64,000 nt of DNA, from the sequence record OR413578.1. The stretch is one strand, 5' to 3'. Within the stretch, counting starts at the first letter, position 1. Every line of letters begins with the position of its first letter. Below, piece by piece: positions 26,845 to 35,598 of this stretch. Below the pieces are notes generated by a model that saw only the letters and a program-made list of their open reading frames with translations, made no database searches and was not told the DNA's origin. The position numbers were made by a program, and so were the translations under genes.

Positions 26845-27723
26845 ATGGATGATGAGAAAAAGCCGCCGCTGAATAGCACACGCGAGCAAATTTGGCACGG
26901 TACGCCACCGGCGTCAGATTCCAGCTACCCGTTAAGGAAAGCTTATTGGAATCTGGTTAAGTTGATGGGTATTAGCGACGGGATATGGAAAAACCTTATC
27001 CGTCAACATGTCAACGACCCGGAGTATCTGAAACAGTTTCGCGACAGCAAACTGACCACGATGACCGACCGCGTTAACCGGCTGAACACCTCACTTACGG
27101 GTGGTTCGGTACGTAACCTGACAGTCGATTTTACGTGGAAACGTTTCATCGAGGGATTAGTTATCCTGGAGATGCAAACGCTAACAGTCACCCTGCTGAC
27201 TAAGCGGGGAAGCTTTGACACGAAGTGTTTTGTATTCGACAGTACGTTTGTGCGTGAGGACTTCATTAAGAACTTACGTAATGAGAACAGGAAGAAACGT
27301 AAAGAGCGTTTCGAGCATCCTGCATCTTACGACGTTAACGAGTATGTCGCGAACATCGACCACACTATCGAACATGTGATGAAGCACATTCTCCTGCGTT
27401 TAATCTACAAAGTTATTCGTGGGTATAAAATCGATGGTGATAAACTGGAACGGTGGACGACGAACTACGTCAACAACCCTAAGTTGTGCCCAGGCACATC
27501 ATCCAAACGTGGGGACAGACGAAACAACATGAAACAGGCGATGCGTCACACCGAGGCAATCACCTGGCGTTGGTTTCTAATAATCTTACAAGCGCTGGAC
27601 GTACGTGAGTTCGAAATCACATTCAAAGTTCGTCATCGTAGTGGTAGAGAATATGAGGTCAGCGACGACGTTCCGTTAGCGACGTATAGATTCTGGAGTT
27701 CCAATGAAACTGAACAACCTTGA
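26845..27723 (+). CDS. Hypothetical protein with two internally repeated domains
   Basis: YWNLVKLMGI..HVNDP..FTWKRFIEGLVIL versus IYKVIRGYKI..YVNNP..ITWRWFLIILQAL. Confidence 0.8.
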   Translation: MDDEKKPPLNSTREQIWHGTPPASDSSYPLRKAYWNLVKLMGISDGIWKNLIRQHVNDPEYLKQFRDSKLTTMTDRVNRLNTSLTGGSVRNLTVDFTWKRFIEGLVILEMQTLTVTLLTKRGSFDTKCFVFDSTFVREDFIKNLRNENRKKRKERFEHPASYDVNEYVANIDHTIEHVMKHILLRLIYKVIRGYKIDGDKLERWTTNYVNNPKLCPGTSSKRGDRRNNMKQAMRHTEAITWRWFLIILQALDVREFEITFKVRHRSGREYEVSDDVPLATYRFWSSNETEQP

Positions 27724-28978
27724 TGGGATTACCAACCAGATAAGCAGCACAACGGGCGCAATAGAGAACAAAGTTAACGATGTTCAAAACCGTGTCCAGT
27801 CAACGATTGGTAATGCCGAGCGCGGTATTGAAAGTGCTCAAAATTTGTACAATAACGTAACCGCCAAAGCAGGGGAAACTTTCGACAAGATCTCCAACAT
27901 TGGCAACACGATAAGTGAAAAATTTGGTAACGTGTTCGGGGGTGGCGACCAAGTCACGGTAGGTGGTAAAAAGGCAGCAGGTTCAGCGGCTTCCGGAGTA
28001 TCGCCGCCTCAACGTGTGCCTACTTTTGCTTCCAACACGAAAGAAGCGCTGCCAGTTATCGATCCACAGAAGCGCGATGTGTCCGAACCCTTTCAGAAGG
28101 TAAACCAGGAAGGGAAAACTGCACTGAGCTATCTCTCACCGGGCGGCGCAGGTAGTCTGTTAAGTAAGGGATGGGATACACTGACTGATCTTCGTGATAG
28201 CGCTTTAAGCGCGGTCGGGACAGATTATGCGTCAGTGAAAGCTCGCCTGGAGTCCACGATGAACATCGCGGGACAGCTTGCCAAACTGCCTGGTGAGGTA
28301 CAGCGTGAAATCGGTAACTACGTCGATATGGCCAATAGCGCCAAGTGGCAAGTCACCGCACTGATTGACGATGTTACGCACACGTTTGATAGCTTTAAGG
28401 ACCTGGACGACTTCTTGTCTATCGACGGGATCATTGATAGCTTTACGGGCGGGAGTGGGAATTTCTCCTCGCTGGATATCAACACCTCGTCTGCGTTGAT
28501 ATACGGTATGTCCACAAAGCTCAATCAATACGGTCTGCCGAATCGCATCGATCCGATGATTCAGGCTATCACCGATCCTATTGCACAACAAGCGTTGTAC
28601 GGCGAACTGATGATACAGGCTGCGGCTGCTGGCAATCTCAATTCTGTTGAGTATTACTTGCCTAAACTACAGCCAGGTCAAGGTGCTGAAATTGCAGATA
28701 CTGTTATTCAGAATCTTCTGATGAACCTTAATGTTGAGCCGGGGGTGGGTTACAGCACCTACGGCCAACGACTGTTGACGTTGTTTAATGCGCTTAATCC
28801 AAACTGGGATATCTCTAAAACGAATCCTGGAATGGTTGAGCTTAAGCTTTACACGTACGCCAACAGTAATGCGATTCAAGCACTCCTGACCACCGAGAAA
28901 CGTCCGTACGTTATCGCCGGTGGTAGTGTCCAATATCAGTCTGCCAGTACGCTGGTGCAGAGCTATTTCGCCTTGTAA
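27704..28978 (+). CDS. Probable virion (tail/baseplate) protein (SPN3US gp223-like)
   Basis: 424 aa, helical S/T/G/N-rich N-terminus; size and synteny as recalled. Confidence 0.6.
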   Translation: MKLNNLDGITNQISSTTGAIENKVNDVQNRVQSTIGNAERGIESAQNLYNNVTAKAGETFDKISNIGNTISEKFGNVFGGGDQVTVGGKKAAGSAASGVSPPQRVPTFASNTKEALPVIDPQKRDVSEPFQKVNQEGKTALSYLSPGGAGSLLSKGWDTLTDLRDSALSAVGTDYASVKARLESTMNIAGQLAKLPGEVQREIGNYVDMANSAKWQVTALIDDVTHTFDSFKDLDDFLSIDGIIDSFTGGSGNFSSLDINTSSALIYGMSTKLNQYGLPNRIDPMIQAITDPIAQQALYGELMIQAAAAGNLNSVEYYLPKLQPGQGAEIADTVIQNLLMNLNVEPGVGYSTYGQRLLTLFNALNPNWDISKTNPGMVELKLYTYANSNAIQALLTTEKRPYVIAGGSVQYQSASTLVQSYFAL

Positions 28979-28987
28979 GGTACCTCT

Positions 28988-29839
28988 ATGTCGAAAGATG
29001 AAGGTAAGTTTTTGCGTAGTGCGTTGGAACGTCTACGCGTCGATGGTGCATCGGTGGATGCTTTGGCGGCTGCTTTTGGGTTTACGTTGCCCGCCTCGGT
29101 AGAAACTACATATCCTGTTTTACGTCCCATCCTCCCACCAGAAGAAAAGGAAGCCTTTGTACGCTATTTACTGCGTATGGGTTACCAGAGTACCTTGGTG
29201 GATATCACGCCGTCTACAGACGGTCTGAATCACTTCAACATCTATTCGCAGGGGCGAACTGAGATAGGTCGGATGGCGAGTAACTTCTATGCTCGCCCTG
29301 GTGAGTATTTTGTTACCCCCCACGGACCTTTCCGGACGCTCGAAGGTTATTATCATTACCTGCGTATTCTGGATTACTTAATGCGTGAAATTGATAACCG
29401 CACTTTGGTGATGGAATTTGATATCATGCGACAGGCAGTGAACACCTGGCCTGATATTGAGAAGTTGCGTGCACTAGATGGCACCGACTGTATCCGGCTA
29501 GGTCGTAATCTGAAAGCGGAAATCTACGGAGGAACCAGTTATAAGCCCGGTTCATTTACCCCGGTTACAGAAAGCCGCTTTATCCATGCGCTGGTAAATA
29601 AACTCTTTATACTGTCGGTCGACGGGACTTCGTTAGGTAATGTGTTTGCGGAGATTCTGCGGGCACGTATCCCGCTTAAGCATTATTACATGATGCAAGG
29701 GCGTAAGATATTCCCGGCACACTGGGACTGGCTACCGAATCTGATTGAGATGATAGCCGAACATATCGATCCTGAGGACAGTACGTTTGATCGAACCGAA
29801 CTTTTGAAGAAACTAGGAATCGACGATGGGACTATTTGA
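28988..29839 (+). CDS. Protein with a NADAR-like N-terminal motif
   Basis: HFNIYSQGRTEIGRMASNFY..P....TPHGPFRTLEGYYHYLR resembles NADAR SNF..P...G..W.T.EHYFQA.K. Confidence 0.5.
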   Translation: MSKDEGKFLRSALERLRVDGASVDALAAAFGFTLPASVETTYPVLRPILPPEEKEAFVRYLLRMGYQSTLVDITPSTDGLNHFNIYSQGRTEIGRMASNFYARPGEYFVTPHGPFRTLEGYYHYLRILDYLMREIDNRTLVMEFDIMRQAVNTWPDIEKLRALDGTDCIRLGRNLKAEIYGGTSYKPGSFTPVTESRFIHALVNKLFILSVDGTSLGNVFAEILRARIPLKHYYMMQGRKIFPAHWDWLPNLIEMIAEHIDPEDSTFDRTELLKKLGIDDGTI

Positions 29840-30485
29840 TATTCTCAAAAACCTCGACGAACAGCAGGAAAAAGAAGTCATTACTGTTGCGCGTGAGTCC
29901 ATCTCTACGGAGAAGGAACGTGAGTATTGCATGTGGGTTAAACCCACTGAAGAAGGTTGGCAATGGCTGTTTGGTCAGACAGGTGAAACGTTCCTGGATG
30001 TGATTATGCCGGTCGTTAACGGCAAACGTCGCGTGCGGTTGTCCACCGATAAAACCGCAGTCTTAACGTTAAAACGACAAGCATCTGATGGTCGTATCGA
30101 AGAGAACTCGGATATCGGGTTTGCTTCGGGTCTGACCTTCTACGAAGATGGCAATCTTGCACATCTCGTGCGTCGTATCAAACTCGAACCAGGTGAACTG
30201 GCAGAGCAAGGTGCGAAGCATTGGGATATCGACTTGTTCTTTAAACTGGCAGGTCACCCAGTTATCGAATCGCAGGCAGGTTTCGAAGACCTTGTCAACG
30301 AACTGCGCGACTCCACTACATTCGGCGAGTGGGTAAAAGTCGAACTGGAAGTTGAGCGATTTGAGCTGACGTCTATCAAGGACGTATTGCCGTTTGCAGT
30401 AGAAGACGCTATTCCAGGCAACCCGTCGGATGCTGAAGCCCAGGAAGTCATTCGGAACTACTGGGATAATGAAACCCGCATCTAA
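29826..30485 (+). CDS. CYTH/triphosphate-tunnel metalloenzyme-like protein (SPN3US gp225-like)
   Basis: EKEREY (ExE motif), RRVRL, AVLTLK, IEENSDI, WDIDLF, KVELEV. Confidence 0.7.
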   Translation: MGLFDILKNLDEQQEKEVITVARESISTEKEREYCMWVKPTEEGWQWLFGQTGETFLDVIMPVVNGKRRVRLSTDKTAVLTLKRQASDGRIEENSDIGFASGLTFYEDGNLAHLVRRIKLEPGELAEQGAKHWDIDLFFKLAGHPVIESQAGFEDLVNELRDSTTFGEWVKVELEVERFELTSIKDVLPFAVEDAIPGNPSDAEAQEVIRNYWDNETRI

Positions 30486-30490
30486 GTCGT

Positions 30491-30525
30491 GCCCTCTCCT
30501 TCGGGAGAGGGTATCTTTATTTTTT
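30491..30525 (+). terminator. Intrinsic terminator
   Basis: CCCTCTCC-TTCG-GGAGAGGG followed by a T-rich tail. Confidence 0.85.
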
Positions 30526-30543
30526 ATCTTAAGGAGTATGTAA

Positions 30544-30906
30544 ATGCAAATCGGCTTCTTCTTTAATCGTCACGGAATCGTGTTTGTTTGTGGTGTTCCG
30601 GATAGTGACGGGAGACGTGTACGCACGTTAGAACTCGACGAAACATCTATGGTCGAGTGGAAAGAGAAACTTGCTCCCTTCGCAGAAGGTAAGTTTCAAC
30701 TATTGCAACTCTACACGCAAGCTGCGTCGCCACGCGTTGCTTTCTCCCGACTTGGAGACGGCGAAGACACCACGCATCTGGTTATCTTCAGTGGGCAGCC
30801 TGGTCGCGCATTGTGCGAATTATTGATGGGATTCAACCCGCCTAGCGAGCCCAGGATGAATACGTACAATGTGCACGACAGTAGTCAAATTCTTATTCTT
30901 CGATAA
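30544..30906 (+). CDS. Hypothetical protein
   Basis: 120 aa, AAGGAG RBS. Confidence 0.8.
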   Translation: MQIGFFFNRHGIVFVCGVPDSDGRRVRTLELDETSMVEWKEKLAPFAEGKFQLLQLYTQAASPRVAFSRLGDGEDTTHLVIFSGQPGRALCELLMGFNPPSEPRMNTYNVHDSSQILILR

Positions 30907-30954
30907 TTTACGGCCACGGCTGTACGTATGTAAAAGACCTCAAGGAGAACTATA

Positions 30955-31377
30955 ATGAACAATATCGCGTTTGAAAAAGGCGTTGGCTTACTTCTGAACA
31001 ACACCATCATCGCTGGCACTAATAACGCTAACTGGGAAGCGTTAGCACAGCGTCTCAAAGACAAGCCTGTGAAGATTGTGGTAACGAGCGAGCTGCCGTT
31101 AAACGGCACGATGGCAGACTGTGGTCCAATGTTTGCAGCGTTTAATGTCGACTATGATTGCGGCTCCGCTTTCTTACAAAACGCCGCGTTACGTAGCCGT
31201 CTGTACAGCTGGCGTTTGCTGGGTCCGGTAAGTAAAGCCGCTGGCCAGATGGTTAACCAGGGCACACCGATGTCGGGTGTAGAAGACCAGACTATCGCCG
31301 TTGTCGTTTCTCGCGCAACCGGCCAGCTTAACTTTGCAATCTGCTACGCGTATCAGGAGGAGGAAGCCTGTGTTTAG
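30955..31377 (+). CDS. Hypothetical protein
   Basis: 140 aa, AAGGAG RBS. Confidence 0.85.
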   Translation: MNNIAFEKGVGLLLNNTIIAGTNNANWEALAQRLKDKPVKIVVTSELPLNGTMADCGPMFAAFNVDYDCGSAFLQNAALRSRLYSWRLLGPVSKAAGQMVNQGTPMSGVEDQTIAVVVSRATGQLNFAICYAYQEEEACV

Positions 31378-32239
31378 TATCATTCAGCAAGTTCAAGCGG
31401 TCGAAGAGTGGTTTCGCAAGACGGATATCTACCAACAGAAAGCGACTGAGCGTCAGTTGGTAAAGTTTTACGTCACACTCGGCAGGATCTCAGCAGGTGT
31501 CGATGAACTGGATAACTTAAAGGTGGCTGCCGGTATCGGTGAATCGATTTGGACATTTGCCGCGCTGCTACACCTCGGCCCACATTCTAACCTCGGTGAT
31601 ATTGTCGTTCCGTTGAGTGATGCGGTGTCTGTTCGTACTACAACTGGCACGAAAGAAGGACAACTGCAGCAACTCATGTTAATTGCGGTCGAGGCCGTTA
31701 GTGTTGTTTTGCGAGAACCAGAACATGACCCTAAGAGTTACAGCGCGTTGCTTCGTAAGTTGATGAGGCAGTATCAATTGTTAGCGTGTCGCTGCGGGCT
31801 GGAGTTTGACCGCGTTGTTTTTAATGGCCATCGTAAGCTCGTTAAGACGCCTGAAACGACAAGCACGCTCGGAGAACTGCTCAAAGCAACGTTGCCGTTA
31901 CCCGACGACGATTTGGCGAAACAAACCTATCAGACGGTGTACAAAACCAACGAGTCAGTTCACGACATTATTGTAAATTGTCTTTTGGCCACATCGAATG
32001 ATTTACAAACCGAGCATAACGGTGAAGTCGCCATGCCGCAGCTATTGCTGCGGATGGAGGACATTATGAACGAAAAGCTGCAAGAGCTTCTCAAGGCGCA
32101 CTTTGAACCGTGGATAGTAAGAAAACAAATGTTGTTCAATCGTAACCCTCGCGTTGATGTTAAGTTCGATGGTAACGCTGTAAACATTTGTGCGAACGAC
32201 GATTTAAGAGACATTTTAAATTTATTGAAAGGAAAATAA
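31370..32239 (+). CDS. Degenerate MazG-like fold protein
   Basis: GTG 31370 after GGAGGAGG; N-terminus aligns by eye with the MazG domain at 35599 but lacks the acidic metal ligands. Confidence 0.5.
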   Translation: MFSIIQQVQAVEEWFRKTDIYQQKATERQLVKFYVTLGRISAGVDELDNLKVAAGIGESIWTFAALLHLGPHSNLGDIVVPLSDAVSVRTTTGTKEGQLQQLMLIAVEAVSVVLREPEHDPKSYSALLRKLMRQYQLLACRCGLEFDRVVFNGHRKLVKTPETTSTLGELLKATLPLPDDDLAKQTYQTVYKTNESVHDIIVNCLLATSNDLQTEHNGEVAMPQLLLRMEDIMNEKLQELLKAHFEPWIVRKQMLFNRNPRVDVKFDGNAVNICANDDLRDILNLLKGK

Positions 32240-32241
32240 TT

Positions 32242-33279
32242 GTGAAACAGTATCTTGAGATGATGCAGAACATTCTGGACGAGGGTCATGTTAAGGGCGA
32301 TCGTACTGGGACAGGGACGCTCACCGTCTTTGGTCGCCAAATGCGTTTTGATTTGCGCAAAGGTTTCCCGTTAGTCACGACTAAGAAACTCCACCTGCGT
32401 TCTATTATTCACGAACTGCTGTGGTTCCTTAGTGGCGATACCAACACCAAATATCTGGAAGACAACGGGGTCACAATCTGGCGTGAGTGGCAAGATGAGA
32501 ACGGTGACCTAGGTGAAATCTATGGTGCACAATGGAGACGTTGGAAAGATGTGAAACTGGTGCCTAAGAAAAATGCAGCTTTACTCGAGAAACTGCAAGA
32601 TGCAGGATACGTGGATTATGGCGACGCGGACGACGGTTCACAAATGTTCGATGCGCGTGTACTTCTGAAACTACACGACCAAATCTCTAAGGTGATTGAC
32701 CAACTGCGTAACGATCCTGACAGTCGCCGTATTATTGTCAGCGCATGGAATGTGGGTGAGTTGGATCAAATGGCGTTAGCGCCGTGTCATGCGTTCTTTC
32801 AGTTCTACACTCGTGAGCTGTCTATCGACGAGCGTCTTGATTGGTTTGAAAAGAACCTTCCAGATCAATTTAACGATTCCCGCTTTAGTAATGAAGCTGT
32901 TGCAGACGACGCAGTGTTCCACGTTGAGATGGACGCACTTGAAATACCTCGCCGCATTCTTTCATGTCAGCTCTATCAACGCAGTGCGGATTTTTTCCTC
33001 GGCGTGCCGTTCAACATCGCGTCTTACGCATTACTCGTGCACATGGTTGCCCAGCAGGTTAACATGGTGCCGGGCGATTTCATTTGGACGGGCGGTGACA
33101 CACATCTCTACTCTAATCATCTGGAGCAGGCCAAGCTGCAGCTGACGCGTGAGCCGTTACCTTTACCGAAACTGATCATCAAGCGTAAACCGGAATCTAT
33201 CTTCGATTATAAATTCGAAGATTTTGAGATCGTTGGGTATCAGTCTCATGAAAAAATATCTGCGCCTGTCGCTATCTAA
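32242..33279 (+). CDS. thyA: Thymidylate synthase with two insertions
   Basis: [53 protein letters not shown]; GTG 32242 after AAAGGA. Confidence 0.97.
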   Translation: MKQYLEMMQNILDEGHVKGDRTGTGTLTVFGRQMRFDLRKGFPLVTTKKLHLRSIIHELLWFLSGDTNTKYLEDNGVTIWREWQDENGDLGEIYGAQWRRWKDVKLVPKKNAALLEKLQDAGYVDYGDADDGSQMFDARVLLKLHDQISKVIDQLRNDPDSRRIIVSAWNVGELDQMALAPCHAFFQFYTRELSIDERLDWFEKNLPDQFNDSRFSNEAVADDAVFHVEMDALEIPRRILSCQLYQRSADFFLGVPFNIASYALLVHMVAQQVNMVPGDFIWTGGDTHLYSNHLEQAKLQLTREPLPLPKLIIKRKPESIFDYKFEDFEIVGYQSHEKISAPVAI

Positions 33280-33291
33280 TTAGGAGCGTTT

Positions 33292-33828
33292 ATGGTTGAC
33301 AACGTCGTTCCATTCAAACCTAAAGTGGTGGTTGCTACGGACGAGCCGCCGTTTATTCCTGTCGATGGACAGAAGATCATCGAGTTTCCAGACGAACATC
33401 GTGGACAATTGCACGTTCCACAACCGGACGGGACGATGAAAGCTATCGGTTTCCCGATAGCTGAACAAGAATGGTGGACGCTTCTGGCCATCCAGATGAT
33501 GTCGCGTGGTCTGGGTGTGTCTACGGAACCTGTCGTTCGCATTAATACCGACCCGTATATCCACGAACAAGGCAGTTGGATGGAACGACGTCGGACAATG
33601 GAGATGCAGATTAGCAAAGAAACGCTTTTGCAAATCGCAGAATCCACACCTTTCATCCTGACCTCATCTTTTAACGGGGATATGGATGAAGACCTCTACA
33701 TGCATCTTTCGGGTTTGGCAACTGAGCACCGCATTGCAGAAGAAGAGCCTATCTATACCGAAGCGATGATTATCCATCCGACCGGCTTAGAAGGTAATAC
33801 CTTTAAACTGATTTGGGTGGAGCTATGA
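33292..33828 (+). CDS. Hypothetical protein
   Basis: 178 aa, AGGAG RBS. Confidence 0.85.
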   Translation: MVDNVVPFKPKVVVATDEPPFIPVDGQKIIEFPDEHRGQLHVPQPDGTMKAIGFPIAEQEWWTLLAIQMMSRGLGVSTEPVVRINTDPYIHEQGSWMERRRTMEMQISKETLLQIAESTPFILTSSFNGDMDEDLYMHLSGLATEHRIAEEEPIYTEAMIIHPTGLEGNTFKLIWVEL

Positions 33829-34076
33829 CTGACCGACTCAGTAAAACAATTCGACTACCACAACAGCGTAACGTTCGCAAAGGCGATGTTTTCACGGCGG
33901 AAGAATGGGTTGCATTAAAGGCCCTGTTCCCGGACGAAACCGATTCGCATGTCGTCCAAATGGCATTGAAAGAGTTTGCAAAGAACGCTCCTGAAATGCT
34001 GCTGCGTAAGAAAGAAGAAGAACTGAATATGCTCCGTAACAGCGTAGACGTTCTCTTTAAAACAATGGAGAAATAA
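33825..34076 (+). CDS. Small protein, possibly ribbon-helix-helix-like with a coiled-coil tail
   Basis: ATG 33825 after GGAG; KTIRL strand, EEWVALKAL and SHVVQMALKEF helices. Confidence 0.55.
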   Translation: MTDRLSKTIRLPQQRNVRKGDVFTAEEWVALKALFPDETDSHVVQMALKEFAKNAPEMLLRKKEEELNMLRNSVDVLFKTMEK

Positions 34077-34077
34077 G

Positions 34078-34845
34078 ATGATGAAACTCTTTGCGTTCTC
34101 CGATGAATTCTACACAGTGGAATTCGACGACTACGAATACGGGTTATTAGGGGCCGTCGACATGGAAGACGCTAAACGGCAGCTTCCCACTAGCGAAATA
34201 GAAATCATTGAGATTGGGGAAACTAATCTTAGTGGGATTCTGATGCTGGGGCGGCGACCACGACCTGCGGAACCTGAGCAGGAAAGAGAGCAAGCGCAAG
34301 CGATTTGTCTGGTTTATGAGCCGATAGACCCTGCAGCGATAGCGAAGGTGGTCGATACACTACGGCCACAGATTGGCGTCGCGATTGAAAATTATCGCTG
34401 GGCTCGTTTCTCAGGCGATACGCCGATATTTTCGAATAAGCACTGGTTGCTGTGTATCAACAACGACACGATAATGGTACCGTTAACAGGGGAGAAGAAT
34501 TTTGAAGATAACTTCGTCCCTGGCGAAGAGTCTGTTATCTTCGAGTATACCCATGTTATCGGAAAGCCGAGCTTCTACCAAGTTCTGATCGATGTCTTGA
34601 CTCACGTCGGTCGAACCATCGAATACCACTACTGGGCACGCCAGGCGCGTTCTAAATGGTTCTCGTTGACGTACGTCGAAGGTTGGGAACGTGTTGTTGA
34701 AAAGATTGACGGGCGCTATGAGCAGATTTGGTTCCTGAACCCGGCATTCCGTGAAGAATTACCCGCATGGGTAAAAGAAGAGGCGAGCAAGCTGACGGTT
34801 GGCTTTACTAAGCAGGGCGCGCCGTATATGGTTAACTACAAATAA
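34078..34845 (+). CDS. Hypothetical protein
   Basis: 255-aa ORF. Confidence 0.8.
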   Translation: MMKLFAFSDEFYTVEFDDYEYGLLGAVDMEDAKRQLPTSEIEIIEIGETNLSGILMLGRRPRPAEPEQEREQAQAICLVYEPIDPAAIAKVVDTLRPQIGVAIENYRWARFSGDTPIFSNKHWLLCINNDTIMVPLTGEKNFEDNFVPGEESVIFEYTHVIGKPSFYQVLIDVLTHVGRTIEYHYWARQARSKWFSLTYVEGWERVVEKIDGRYEQIWFLNPAFREELPAWVKEEASKLTVGFTKQGAPYMVNYK

Positions 34846-34856
34846 GGTGAAAACAG

Positions 34857-35336
34857 ATGTCTATAACTCGGATCGATTATCGTGCCGTAGTAAAAGAACT
34901 GTCCAAAGGTCTTATCGAACTGGACTCCGATGAAGCCCGCAACTGTGGCTTCCTGCCACACATTGCACTGAGTGAGTTCCGTACCATCCGTTATGGTGCC
35001 GGTCGTCAGAAGGGCGTTACAACACACGCCGTTGATATGTCAGCAAAGTTCCACGGCAGCGTTCTGTATCTGGTCCACAATGAATCGTTACGAAACGAAG
35101 TAGTGGAGAAGTTCCATGAAAAGGCTGCCGGGAACGGTTGGTTGACCGTGCACTGTAACTACTTGCCTGAGGGTTGGAAACACGCGACGGGTGCTGGTAT
35201 ATCCGGCTACGAGAAATTCGGCTTGGTTATTGTCGACGAAGCGGGTTTCTTCTTCAACAAGTTCAGTTACGATAAAATCTATCGCAGTCTGGTCGACGTA
35301 GTAACGCCAGACGTTGTGATTCACCTGATTAATTAA
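34857..35336 (+). CDS. Single-domain P-loop NTPase (helicase/terminase-like, atypical Walker A)
   Basis: YGAGRQKGVTT, VLYLVHN, LVIVDEA. Confidence 0.6.
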   Translation: MSITRIDYRAVVKELSKGLIELDSDEARNCGFLPHIALSEFRTIRYGAGRQKGVTTHAVDMSAKFHGSVLYLVHNESLRNEVVEKFHEKAAGNGWLTVHCNYLPEGWKHATGAGISGYEKFGLVIVDEAGFFFNKFSYDKIYRSLVDVVTPDVVIHLIN

Positions 35337-35348
35337 GTAGAGGAAAGT

Positions 35349-35537
35349 ATGGCTGGAGAACTCGGTCGTGGGCAAGCCACAACGTTCATGTATCGTGATG
35401 GGTTAGGTGCGGATGTAAACATGTCTCCGGATGACGAGATGGTTATCCCTGGACTTGACCCGGACGCAGGTGTGGAAGGTGGCGTTGACCCGTCGAAAGA
35501 CGACGACAACTGCACCGGTGGTGCGTGCAAGATTTAA
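35349..35537 (+). CDS. 62-aa acidic peptide ending in an NrdA-like CX4C tail
   Basis: GAGGA RBS; ends DPSKDDDNCTGGACKI; followed by a terminator. Confidence 0.8.
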   Translation: MAGELGRGQATTFMYRDGLGADVNMSPDDEMVIPGLDPDAGVEGGVDPSKDDDNCTGGACKI

Positions 35538-35545
35538 AATACGTA

Positions 35546-35582
35546 TTAGGGTGTCCATATGGACACCCTACTTATTTTTTGT
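35546..35582 (+). terminator. Intrinsic terminator
   Basis: TAGGGTGTCC-ATAT-GGACACCCTA followed by a T tract. Confidence 0.85.
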
Positions 35583-35598
35583 TTAAGGAGCTATCAAA

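Noticed and set aside
30955-31377. Dihydrofolate reductase near thyA
   Set aside because: Only a vague W...K.KPV echo; the IG...PW and GRKT motifs are absent
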